From Ranitomeya imitator (lineage: Eukaryota): a stretch of DNA of 64,000 nucleotides. The translations under genes were made by a program, and so were the position numbers. The notes under the pieces are model-generated. The model ran no database searches and was not told the DNA's origin. It was given only the letters and a program-made list of their open reading frames with translations. Of the stretch, positions 36,548-49,600 are shown piece by piece (position 1 is the stretch's first letter; each line of letters opens with the position of its first letter). Location: assembly GCF_032444005.1 (NCBI RefSeq), contig NW_027193546.1:372001-436000 (forward strand), in the 5' to 3' direction.

Positions 36548-36839
36548 GTACAGTATATACAGCAGAGTGTACAGTATATACAGCAGAGTACACAGTATAT
36601 AGAGCAGAGTGTACAGTATATACAGCAGAGTACACAGTATATAGAGCAGAGTGTACAGTATATACAGCAGTGTGCACAGTATATAGAGCCAGTGTGTACA
36701 GTATATACAGCAGTGTGTACAGTATATAGAGCAGTGTGTAAAGTATATACAGCAGTGTGTACAGTATATAGAGCAGTGTGTAAAGTATATACAGCAGTGT
36801 GTACAATTTATAGACCAGAGTGTACAGTATATAGAGCAG
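36548..36839. repeat. 21-bp minisatellite (gtacagtatatacagcagagt)
   Basis: About 14 imperfect tandem units. Confidence 0.9.
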
Positions 36840-37220
36840 TCTCCCCTCTCTTCTTCTTTCTCTCTCTCTCTCTCTCTCCCTCTTTCTTAATCTCTATTTC
36901 TCTCTCCTCTCTTTCATTATTTCCTTCTCTCCTTTCTCTCTTCGCTCTCCTCTCTTTCTTTCTCTCTTCTTTTTTCTCTAAATATTTCTCTCACTCTTAC
37001 TCTTTCTTCCTTTCTATTTCTCTCTCTCCCTCTCTTTCCCTTGCTTTCTCTTTTTCTTACTTTATATCTATCTCTCTCCTTCTCTCTTTCTTTATCTCTC
37101 TTCTCTCTCTCTCTCTTTATGTCTCTTTGTCTCTCTTTCTCTCTTTCTCCCTTTCTTTCTCTCTATCTCCTTCTTTCTCATTCTCTCTCTTTCACTTTAT
37201 CTCTCTCTTTCTCTCTCTCA
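36840..37220. repeat. CT-rich low-complexity polypyrimidine tract
   Basis: About 380 nt almost entirely C/T, ending in tctcag. Confidence 0.9.
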
Positions 37221-37546
37221 GGGAGAGATGATCAATCCTTCATGTCAGCAGTGCACCTCTCCAAAATGAGGCAGATGTACTAGATTTTCTAGGCACCGCC
37301 ATCTGCACGTGGGGTGCTGCTGTAATCCCTGTCATCATCCTCGTTTTTCCTCTCCACGTTTCCATATCCAGCCAAGTGATCGCTGGGCCCAGTATTCTCA
37401 TCAGCATTGCCGATACTTCGAGCTGTAGCAAAGGAGAAGGCACAAGTGATGATAACCCGCCTCTATGTGCCCTCAAGTGTCTCCGCTGTGGTGCGGGATG
37501 ATATGCTATGGAAGGTTAATAATCAATAATTGTGTCCTTCCTACAG

Positions 37547-37613
37547 GCTCTGGTGCCCCATGGAATGAAAGGTTTCCCCAGGAGGGCGGTGGTAAAGATG
37601 TTTAATGACTTGC
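37547..37613 (+). pseudogene. BRAT1: Truncated copy of the BRAT1-like exon, cut by the satellite junction
   Basis: Identical to 53872-53938 (ALVPHGMKGFPRRAVVKMFNDL), then caccacc and satellite. Confidence 0.7.
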
Positions 37614-37620
37614 CACCACC

Positions 37621-40600
37621 AGCTCTGCGGGGAGAGGGTGGTGGCACTGATCATACAGCTCTGCGGGGAGGAGGTGATGGCTCTGATCCTACAGCTCTGC
37701 GGGGAGAATGTGGTGGCTCTGATCATACAGCTCTGCGGGGAGAAGGTGGTGGCACTGATCATACGGCTCTCCGGGGAGGAGGTGATTTCTCTGATCATAC
37801 AGCTCTGCAGGGAGGAGGTGGTGGCTCTGATCATACAGCTCTGCGGAGAGGAGGTGGTGGCTCTGATCATGCAGCTCTGCGGGGAGGAGGTGGTGGCACT
37901 GATCATACAGCTGTGCGGGGAGGAGGTGGTGGCACTGATCATACAGCTCTGCGGGGAGGAGGTGGTGGTACTGATCATACAGCTGTGCGGGGAGGAGGTG
38001 ATTTCTCTGATCATACAGCTCTGCAGGGAGGAGGTGGTGGTACTGATCATACAGCTCTGCGGGGGAGAAGGTGGTGGCACTGATCATACAGCTCTGCGGG
38101 GTGGAGGTGATTTCTCTGATCATACAGCTCTGCAGGGAGGAGTAGGTGGTGGCACTGATGATACAGCTCTGCGGGGAGGAGGTGGTGGCACTGATCATAC
38201 AGCTCTGCGGGGAGGAGGAGGTGGCACTGATCATACAGCTCTGCGGGGAGGAGGTGGTGGCACTGATCATACAGCTCTGCTGGGAGGAGGTGGTGGCACT
38301 GATCATACAGCTCTGCGGGGTGGAGGTGATTTCTCTGATCATACAGCTCTGCAGGGAGGAGTAGGTGGTGGCACTGATGATACAGCTCTGCGGGGAGGAG
38401 GTGGTGGCACTGATCATACAGCTCTGCGGGGAGGAGGAGGTGGCACTGATCATACAGCTCTGCGGGGAGGAGGTGGTGGCACTGATCATACAGCTCTGCG
38501 GGGAGGAGGTGGTGGCACTGATCATACAGGTCTGCGGGGAGGAGGTGGTGGCACTGATCATACAGCTCTGCGGGGAGGAGGTGGTGGCACTGATCGTACA
38601 GCTCTGCGGGGAGGAGGTGGTGGCACTGATCATACAGCTCTGCAGGGAGGAGGTGGTGGCACTGATCATACAGCTCTGCGGGGAGAAGGTGTTGGCACTG
38701 ATCATACAGCTCTCCGGGGAGGAGGTGATTTCTCTGATCATACAGCTCTGCAGGGAGGATGAGGTTATGGCTCTGATCATACAGGTCTGAGGGGAGTAGG
38801 TGGTGGCTCTGATCATACAGCTCTGCGGGGAGAGGGTGGTGGCACTGATCATACAGCTCTGCGGGGAGGAGGTCATGGCTCTGATCCTACAGCTCTGCGG
38901 GGAGAATGTGGTGGCTCTGATCATACAGCTCTGCGGGGAGAAGGTGGTGGCACTGATCATACGGCTCTCCGGGGAGGAGGTGATTTCTCTGATCATACAG
39001 CTCTGCGGAGAGGAGGTGGTGGCTCTGATCATGCAGCTCTGCGGGGAGGAGGTGGTGGCACTGATCATACAGCTGTGCGGGGAGGAGGTGGTGGCACTGA
39101 TCACACAGCTCTGCGGGGAGGAGGTGGTGGTACTGATCATACAGCTGTGCGGGGAGGAGGTGATTTCTCTGATCATACAGCTCTGCAGGGAGGAGGTGGT
39201 GGTACTGATCATACAGCTGTGCGGGGAGGAGGTGATTTCTCTGATCATACAGCTCTGCAGGGAGGAGGTGGTGGCACTGATCATACAGCTCTGCGGGGAG
39301 GAGGTGGTGGCACTGATCATACAGCTCTGCGGGGAGGAGGTGGTGGCACTGATCATACAGCTCTGCGGGGAGGAGGTGGTGGCACTGATCATACAGCTCT
39401 GCGGGGAGGAGGTGATTTCTCTGATCATACAGCTCTGCAGGGAGGAGGTGGTAGCTCTGATCATACAGCTCTGCGGGGAGGAGGTGGTGGCTCTGATCAT
39501 ACAGCTCTGCGGGGAGGAGGTGGTGGCACTGATCATACAGCTCTGCGAGGAGGAGGAGGTGGCTCTGATCATACAGCTCTGCGGGGAGGAGGAGGTGGCA
39601 CTGATCATACAGCTCTGCGGGGAGGAGGTGGTGGCACTGATCATACAGCTCTGCGGGGAGGAGGTGGTGGCACTGATCATACAGCTCTGCGGGGAGGAGG
39701 TGGTGGCACTGATTATACAGCTCTGCGGGGAGAGGGAGGTGGCTCTGATCATACAGCTCTGCGGGGAGGAGGAGGTGGCACTGATCATACAGCTCTGCGG
39801 GGAGGAGGTGGTGGCACTGATCATACAGCTCTGCGGGGGAGAAGGTGGTGGCACTGATCATACAGCTCTGCGGGGTGGAGGTGATTTCTCTGATCATACA
39901 GCTCTGCAGGGAGGAGTATGTGGTGGCACTGATGATACAGCTCTGCGGGGAGGAGGTGGTGGCACTGATTATACAGCTCTGCGGGGGAGAAGGTGGTGGC
40001 ACTGATCATACAGCTCTGCGGGGTGGAGGTGATTTCTCTGATCATACAGCTCTGCAGGGAGGAGTAGGTGGTGGCACTGATGATACAGCTCTGAGGGGAG
40101 GAGGTGGTGGCACTGATCATACAGCTCTGCGGGGTGGAGGTGATTTCTCTGATCATACAGCTCTGCGGGGAGGAGGAGGTGGCACTGATCATACAGCTCT
40201 GCGGGGAGGAGGTGGTGGCACTGATCATACAGCTCTGCGGGGAGGAGGTGGTGGCACTGATCATACAGCTCTGCGGGGAGGAGGTGGTGGCACTGATTAT
40301 ACAGCTCTGCGGGGAGAGGGTGGTGGCTCTGATCATGCAGCTCTGCGGGGAGGAGGTGGTGGCTCTGATCATACAGCTCTGCGGGGTGGAGGAGATTTCT
40401 CTGATCATACAGCTCTGCGGGGTGGAGGTGGTGGCACTGATTATACAGCTCTGCGGGGAGGAAGTGGTGGCTCTGATCATACAGCTCTGCGGGGGAGAAG
40501 GTGGTGGCACTGGTCATACAGCTCTGCGGGGTGGAGGTGATTTCTCTGATCATACAGCTCTGCAGGGAGGAGTAGGTGGTGGCACTGATGATACAGCTCT

Positions 40601-43600
40601 GCGGGGAGGAGGTGGTGGCACTGATCATACAGCTCTGCGGGGTGGAGGTGATTTCTCTGATCATACAGCTCTGCAGGGAGGAGTAGGTGGTGGCACTAAT
40701 GATACAGCTCTGCGGGGAGGAGGTGGTGGCACTGATCATACAGCTCTGCGGGGAGGAGGTGGTGGCTCTGATCATACAGCTCTGCGGGGAGGAGGTGGTG
40801 GCTCTGATCATGCAGCTCTGCGGGGAGGAGGTGGTGGCACTGATCATACAGCTGTGCGGGGAGGAGGTGGTGGCACTGATCATACAGCTCTGCGGGGAGG
40901 AGGTGGTGGCTCTGATCATACAGCTCTGCGGGGAGGAGGTGGTGGTACTGATCATACAGCTGTGCGGGGAGGAGGTGATTTCTCTGATCATACAGCTCTG
41001 CAGGGAGGAGGTGGTGGCTCTGATCATACAGCTCTGCGGGGAGGAGGTGGTGGCACTGATCATACAGCTCTGCGGGGGAGGAGGTGGTGGCACTGATCAT
41101 ACAGCTCTGCGGGGTGGAGGTGATTTCTCTGATCATACAGCTCTGCAGGGAGGAGTAGGTGGTGGCACTGATCATACAGCTCTGCGGGGAGGAGGAGGTG
41201 GCACTGATCATACAGCTCTGCGGGGAGGAGGTGGTGGCACTGATCATACAGCTCTGCGGGGAGGAGGTGGTGGCACTGATCATACAGCTCTGCGGGGAGG
41301 AGGTGGTGGCACTGATCATACAGCTCTGCGGGGAGGAGGTGGTGGCACTGATCGTACAGCTCTGCGGGGAGGAGGTGGTGGCACTGATCATACAGCTCTG
41401 CAGTGAGGAGGTGGTGGCACTGATCATACAGCTCTGCGGGGAGAAGGTGTTGGCACTGATCATACAGCTCTGCGGGGAGGAGGTGGTGGTACTGATCATA
41501 CAGCTGTGCGGGGAGGAGGTGATTTCTCTGATCATACAGCTCTGCAGGGAGGAGGTGGTGGCTCTGATCATACAGCTCTGCGGGGAGGAGGTGGTGGCAC
41601 TGATCATACAGCTCTGCGGGGGAGAAGGTGGTGGCACTGATCATACAGCTCTGCGGGGTGGAGGTGATTTCTCTGATCATACAGCTCTGCAGGGAGGAGT
41701 AGGTGGTGGCACTGATCATACAGCTCTGCGGGGAGGAGGAGGTGGCACTGATCATACAGCTCTGCGGGGAGGAGGTGGTGGCACTGATCATACAGCTCTG
41801 CGGGGAGGAGGTGGTGGCACTGATCATACAGCTCTGCGGGGAGGAGGTGGTGGCACTGATCATACAGCTCTGCGGGGAGGAGGTGGTGGCACTGATCGTA
41901 CAGCTCTGCAGGGAGGAGGTGGTGGCACTGATCATACAGCTCTGCGGGGAGAAGGTGTTGGCACTGATCATACAGCTCTCCGGGGAGGAGGTGATTTCTC
42001 TGATCATAGAGCTCTGCAGGGAGGATGAGGTTATGGCTCTGATCATACAGGTCTGAGGGGAGTAGGTGGTGGCTCTGATCATACAGCTCTGCGGGGAGAG
42101 GGTGGTGGCACTGATCATACAGCTCTGCGGGGAGGAGGTGATGGCTCTGATCCTACAGCTCTGCGGGGAGAATGTGGTGGCTCTGATCATACAGCTCTGC
42201 GGGGAGAAGGTGGTGGCACTGATCATACGGCTCTCCGGGGAGGAGGTGATTTCTCTGATCATACAGCTCTGCAGGGAGGAGGTGGTGGCTCTGATCATAC
42301 AGCTCTGCGGAGAGGAGGTGGTGGCTCTGATCATGCAGCTCTGCGGGGAGGAGGTGGTGGCACTGATCATACAGCTGTGCGGGGAGGAGGTGGTGGCACT
42401 GATCATACAGCTCTGCGGGGAGGAGGTGGTGGTACTGATCATACAGCTGTGCGGGGAGGAGGTGATTTCTCTGATCATACAGCTCTGCAGGGAGGAGGTG
42501 GTGGTACTGATCATACAGCTCTGCGGGGGAGAAGGTGGTGGCACTGATCATACAGCTCTGCGGGGTGGAGGTGATTTCTCTGATCATACAGCTCTGCAGG
42601 GAGGAGTAGGTGGTTGCACTGATGATACAGCTCTGCGGGGAGGAGGTGGTGGCACTGATCATACAGCTCTGCGGGGAGGAGGAGGTGGCACTGATCATAC
42701 AGCTCTGCGGGGAGGAGGTGGTGGCACTGATCATACAGCTCTGCTGGGAGGAGGTGGTGGCACTGATCATACAGCTCTGCGGGGTGGAGGTGATTTCTCT
42801 GATCATACAGCTCTGCAGGGAGGAGTAGGTGGTGGCACTGATGATACAGCTCTGCGGGGAGGAGGTGGTGGCACTGATCATGCAGCTCTGCGGGGAGGAG
42901 GAGGTGGCACTGATCATACAGCTCTGCGGGGAGGAGGTGGTGGCACTGATCATACAGCTCTGCGGGGAGGAGGTGGTGGCACTGATCATACAGCTCTGCG
43001 GGGAGGAGGTGGTGGCACTGATCATACAGCTCTGCGGGGAGGAGGTGGTGGCACTGATCGTACAGCTCTGCGGGGAGGAGGTGGTGGCACTGATCATACA
43101 GCTCTGCAGGGAAGAGGTGGTGGCACTGATCATACAGCTCTGCGGGGAGAAGGTGTTGGCACTGATCATACAGCTCTCCGGGGAGGAGGTGATTTCTCTG
43201 ATCATACAGCTCTGCAGGGAGGAGGTGGTGGCTCTGATCATACAGCTCTGCGGAGAGGAGGTGGTGGCTCTGATCATGCAGCTCTGCGGGGAGGAGGTGG
43301 TGGCACTGATCATACAGCTGTGCGGGGAGGAGGTGGTGGCACTGATCATACAGCTCTGCGGGGAGGAGGTGGTGGTACTGATCATACAGCTGTGCGGGGA
43401 GGAGGTGATTTCTCTGATCATACAGCTCTGCAGGGAGGAGGTGGTGGTACTGATCATACAGCTCTGCGGGGGAGAAGGTGGTGGCACTGATCATACAGCT
43501 CTGCGGGGTGGAGGTGATTTCTCTGATCATACAGCTCTGCAGGGAGGAGTAGGTGGTTGCACTGATGATACAGCTCTGCGGGGAGGAGGTGGTGGCACTG

Positions 43601-46600
43601 ATCATACAGCTCTGCGGGGAGGAGGAGGTGGCACTGATCATACAGCTCTGCGGGGAGGAGGTGGTGGCACTGATCATACAGCTCTGCTGGGAGGAGGTGG
43701 TGGCACTGATCATACAGCTCTGCGGGGTGGAGGTGATTTCTCTGATCATACAGCTCTGCAGGGAGGAGTAGGTGGTGGCACTGATGATACAGCTCTGCGG
43801 GGAGGAGGTGGTGGCACTGATCATACAGCTCTGCGGGGAGGAGGAGGTGGCACTGATCATACAGCTCTGCGGGGAGGAGGTGGTGGCACTGATCATACAG
43901 CTCTGCGGGGAGGAGGTGGTGGCACTGATCATACAGCTCTGCGGGGAGGAGGTGGTGGCACTGATCATACAGCTCTGCGGGGAGGAGGTGGTGGCACTGA
44001 TCGTACAGCTCTGCGGGGAGGAGGTGGTGGCACTGATCATACAGCTCTGCAGGGAAGAGGTGGTGGCACTGATCATACAGCTCTGCGGGGAGAAGGTGTT
44101 GGCACTGATCATACAGCTCTCCGGGGAGGAGGTGATTTCTCTGATCATACAGCTCTGCAGGGAGGATGAGGTTATGGCTCTGATCATACAGGTCTGAGGG
44201 GAGTAGGTGGTGGCTCTGATCATACAGCTCTGCGGGGAGAGGGTGGTGGCACTGATCATACAGCTCTGCGGGGAGGAGGTGATGGCTCTGATCCTACAGC
44301 TCTGCGGGGAGAATGTGGTGGCTCTGATCATACAGCTCTGCGGGGAGAAGGTGGTGGCACTGATCATACGGCTCTCCGGGGAGGAGGTGATTTCTCTGAT
44401 CATACAGCTCTGCAGGGAGGAGGTGGTGGCTCTGATCATACAGCTCTGCGGAGAGGAGGTGGTGGCTCTGATCATGCAGCTCTGCGGGGAGGAGGTGGTG
44501 GCACTGATCATACAGCTGTGCGGGGAGTAGGTGGTGGCACTGATGATACAGCTCTGCGGGGAGGAGGTGGTGGCACTGATCATACAGCTCTGCGGGGTGG
44601 AGGTGATTTCTCTGATCATACAGCTCTGCGGGGAGGAGGAGGTGGCACTGATCATACAGCTCTGCGGGGAGGAGGTGGTGGCACTGATCATACAGCTCTG
44701 CGGGGAGGAGGTGGTGGCTCTGATCATACTGCTCTGCGGGGAGGAGGTGGTGGTACTGATCATACAGCTGTGCGGGGAGGAGGTGATTTCTCTGATCATT
44801 CAGCTCTGCAGGGAGGAGGTGGTAGCTCTGATCATACAGCTCTGCGGGGAGGAGGTGGTGGCTCTGATCATACAGCTCTGCGGGGAGGAGGTGGTGGCAC
44901 TGATCATACAGCTCTGCGAGGAGGAGGAGGTGGCTCTGATCATACAGCTCTGCGGGGAGGAGGAGGTGGCACTGATCATACAGCTCTGCGGGGAGGAGGT
45001 GGTGGCACTGATCATACAGCTCTGCGGGGAGGAGGTGGTGGCACTGATCATACAGCTCTGCGGGGAGGAGGTGGTGGCACTGATTATACAGCTCTGCGGG
45101 GAGAGGGAGGTGGCTCTGATCATACAGCTCTGCGGGGAGGAGGTGGTGGCTCTGATCATACAGCTCTGCGGGGTGGAGGTGATTTCTCTGATCATACAGC
45201 TCTGCGGGGTGGAGGTGGTGGCACTGATTATACAGCTCTGCGGGGAGGAAGTGGTGGCTCTGATCATACAGCTCTGCGGGGGAGAAGGTGGTGGCACTGA
45301 TCATACAGCTCTGCGGGGTGGAGGTGATTTCTCTGATCATACAGCTCTGCAGGGAGGAGTAGGTGGTGGCACTGATGATACAGCTCTGCGGGGAGGAGGT
45401 GGTGGCACTGATCATACAGCTCTGCGGGGTGGAGGTGATTTCTCTGATCATACAGCTCTGCGGGGAGGAGGAGGTGGCACTGATCATACAGCTCTGCGGG
45501 GAGGAGGTGGTGGCACTGATCATACAGCTCTGCGGGGAGGAGGTGGTGGCACTGATCATACAGCTCTGCGGGGAGGAGGTGGTGGCACTGATTATACAGC
45601 TCTGCGGGGAGAGGGTGGTGGCTCTGATCATACAGCTCTGCGGGGAGGAGGTGGTGGCTCTGATCATACAGCTCTGCGGGGAGGAGGTGGTGGCTCTGAT
45701 CATACAGCTCTGCGGGGAGGAGGTGGTGGTACTGATCATACAGCTGTGCGGGGAGGAGGTGATTTCTCTGATCATACAGCTCTGCAGGGAGGAGGTGGTG
45801 GCTCTGATCATACAGCTCTGCGGGGAGGAGGTGGTGGCACTGATCATACAGCTCTGCGGGGGAGAAGGTGGTGGCACTGATCATACAGCTCTGCGGGGTG
45901 GAGGTGATTTCTCTGATCATACAGCTCTGCAGGGAGGAGTAGGTGGTGGCACTGATCATACAGCTCTGCGGGGAGGAGGAGGTGGCACTGATCATACAGC
46001 TCTGCGGGGAGGAGGTGGTGGCACTGATCATACAGCTCTGCGGGGAGGAGGTGGTGGCACTGATCATACAGCTCTGCGGGGAGGAGGTGGTGGCACTGAT
46101 CATACAGCTCTGCGGGGAGGAGGTGGTGGCACTGATCGTACAGCTCTGCGGGGAGGAGGTGGTGGCACTGATCATACAGCTCTGCAGGGAGGAGGTCGTG
46201 GCACTTATCATACAGCTCTGCGGGGAGAATCTGTTGGCACTGATCATACAGCTCTGCGGGGAGGAGGTGGTGGTACTGATCATACAGCTGTGCGGGGAGG
46301 AGGTGATTTCTCTGATCATACAGCTCTGCAGGGAGGAGGTGGTGGCTCTGATCATACAGCTCTGCGGGGAGGAGGTGGTGGCACTGATCATACAGCTCTG
46401 CGGGGGAGAAGGTGGTGGCACTGATCATACAGCTCTGCGGGGTGGAGGTGATTTCTCTGATCATACAGCTCTGCAGGGAGGAGTAGGTGGTGGCACTGAT
46501 CATACAGCTCTGCGGGGAGGAGGAGGTGGCACTGATCATACAGCTCTGCGGGGAGGAGGTGGTGGCACTGATCATACAGCTCTGCGGGGAGGAGGTGGTG

Positions 46601-49600
46601 GCACTGATCATACAGCTCTGCGGGGAGGAGGTGGTGGCACTGATCATACAGCTCTGCGGGGAGGAGGTGGTGGCACTGATCGTACAGCTCTGCGGGGAGG
46701 AGGTGGTGGCACTGATCATACAGCTCTGCAGGGAGGAGGTGGTGGCACTGATCATACAGCTCTGCGGAGAGGAGGTGGTGGCTCTGATCATGCAGCTCTG
46801 CGGGGAGGAGGTGGTGGCACTGATCATAGAGCTCTGCAGGGAGGATGAGGTTATGGCTCTGATCATACAGGTCTGAGGGGAGTAGGTGGTGGCTCTGATC
46901 ATACAGCTCTGCGGGGAGAGGGTGGTGGCACTGATCATACAGCTCTGCGGGGAGGAGGTGATGGTTCTGATCCTACAGCTCTGCGGGGAGAATGTGGTGG
47001 CTCTGATCATACAGCTCTGCGGGGAGAAGGTGGTGGCACTGATCATACGGCTCTCCGGGGAGGAGGTGATTTCTCTGATCATACAGCTCTGCAGGGAGGA
47101 GGTGGTGGCTCTGATCATACAGCTCTGCGGAGAGGAGGTGGTGGCTCTGATCATGCAGCTCTGCGGGGAGGAGGTGGTGGCACTGATCATACAGCTGTGC
47201 GGGGAGGAGGTGGTGGCACTGATCATACAGCTCTGCGGGGAGGAGGTGGTGGTACTGATCATACAGCTGTGCGGGGAGGAGGTGATTTCTCTGATCATAC
47301 AGCTCTGCAGGGAGGAGGTGGTGGTACTGATCATACAGCTCTGCGGGGGAGAAGGTGGTGGCACTGATCATACAGCTCTGCGGGGTGGAGGTGATTTCTC
47401 TGATCATACAGCTCTGCAGGGAGGAGTAGGTGGTGGCACTGATGATACAGCTCTGCGGGGAGGAGGTGGTGGCAATGATCATACAGCTCTGCGGGGAGGA
47501 GGAGGTGGCACTGATTATACAGCTCTGCGGGGAGGAGGTGGTGGCACTGATCATACAGCTCTGCTGGGAGGAGGTGGTGGCACTGATCATACAGCTCTGC
47601 GGGGTGGAGGTGATTTCTCTGATCATACAGCTCTGCAGGGAGGAGTAGGTGGTGGCACTGATGATACAGCTCTGCGGGGAGGAGGTGGTGGCACTGATCA
47701 TACAGCTCTGCGGGGAGGAGGAGGTGGCACTGATCATACAGCTCTGCGGGGAGGAGGTGGTGGCACTGATCATACAGCTCTGCGGGGAGGAGGTGGTGGC
47801 ACTGATCATACAGCTCTGCGGGGAGGAGGTGGTGGCACTGATCATACAGCTCTGCGGGGAGGAGGTGGTGGCACTGATCGTACAGCTCTGCGGGGAGGAG
47901 GTGGTGGCACTGATCATACAGCTCTGCAGGGAGGAGGTGGTGGCACTGATCATACAGCTCTGCGGGGAGAAGGTGTTGGCACTGATCATACAGCTCTCCG
48001 GGGAGGAGGTGATTTCTCTGATCATACAGCTCTGCAGGGAGGATGAGGTTATGGCTCTGATCATACAGGTCTGAGGGGAGTAGGTGGTGGCTCTGATCAT
48101 ACAGCTCTGCGGGGAGAGGGTGGTGGCACTGATCATACAGCTCTGCGGGGAGGAGGTGATGGCTCTGATCCTACAGCTCTGCAGGGAGGAGGTGGTGGCT
48201 CTGATCATACAGCTCTGCGGAGAGGAGGTGGTGGCTCTGATCATGCAGCTCTGCGGGGAGGAGGTGGTGGCACTGATCATACAGCTGTGCGGGGAGGAGG
48301 TGGTGGCACTGATCATACAGCTCTGCGGGGAGGAGGTGGTGGTACTGATCATACAGCTGTGCGGGGAGGAGGTGATTTCTCTGATCATACAGCTCTGCAG
48401 GGAGGAGGTGGTGGTACTGATCATACAGCTGTGCGGGGAGGAGGTGATTTCTCTGATCATACAGCTCTGCGGGGAGGAGGTGGTGGCACTGATCATACAG
48501 CTGTGCGGGGAGGAGGTGGTGGCACTGATCATACAGCTCTGCGGGGAGGAGGTGGTGGTACTGATCATACAGCTGTGCGGGGAGGAGGTGATTTCTCTGA
48601 TCATACAGCTCTGCGGGGAGGAGGTGGTGGCACTGATCATACAGCTCTGCGGGGAGGAGGTTGTGGCACTGATCATACAGCTCTGCGGGGAGGAGGTGAT
48701 TTCTCTGATCATACAGCTCTGCAGGGAGGAGTAGGTGGTACTGATCATACAGCTGTGCGGGGAGGAGGTGATTTCTCTGATCCTACAGCTCTGCAGGGAG
48801 GAGGTGGTGGCTCTGATCATACAGCTCTGCGGAGAGGAGGTGGTGGCTCTGATCATGCAGCTCTGCGGGGAGGAGGTGGTGGCACTGATCATACAGCTGT
48901 GCGGGGAGGAGGTGGTGGCACTGATCATACAGCTCTGCGGGGAGGAGGTGGTGGTACTGATCATACAGCTGTGCGGGGAGGAGGTGATTTCTCTGATCAT
49001 ACAGCTCTGCGGGGAGGAGGTGGTGGCACTGATCATACAGCTCTGCGGGGAGGAGGTTGTGGCACTGATCATACAGCTCTGCGGGGAGGAGGTGATTTCT
49101 CTGATCATACAGCTCTGCAGGGAGGAGTAGGTGGTGGCACTGATGATACAGCTCTGCGGGGAGGAGGTGGTGGCACTGATCATACAGCTCTGCGGGGTGG
49201 AGGTGATTTCTCTGATCATACAGCTCTGCGGGGAGGAGGAGGTGGCACTGATCATACAGCTCTGCGGGGAGGAGGTGGTGGCACTGATCATACAGCTCTG
49301 CGGGGAGGAGGTGGTGGCTCTGATCATACTGCTCTGCGGGGAGGAGGTGGTGGTACTGATCATACAGCTGTGCGGGGAGGAGGTGATTTCTCTGATCATA
49401 CAGCTCTGCAGGGAGGAGGTGGTGGCTCTGATCATACAGCTCTGCGGGGAGGAGGTGGTGGCTCTGATCATACAGCTCTGCGGGGAGGAGGTGGTGGCAC
49501 TGATCATACAGCTCTGCGAGGAGGAGGTGGCTCTGATCATACAGCTCTGCGGGGAGGAGGAGGTGGCACTGATCATACAGCTCTGCGGGGAGGAGGTGGT

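Noticed and set aside
36133-37283. ORFs rich in YTAECTV, QYIQQS and SL repeats
   Set aside because: Translations of the 21-bp minisatellite and the CT tract.
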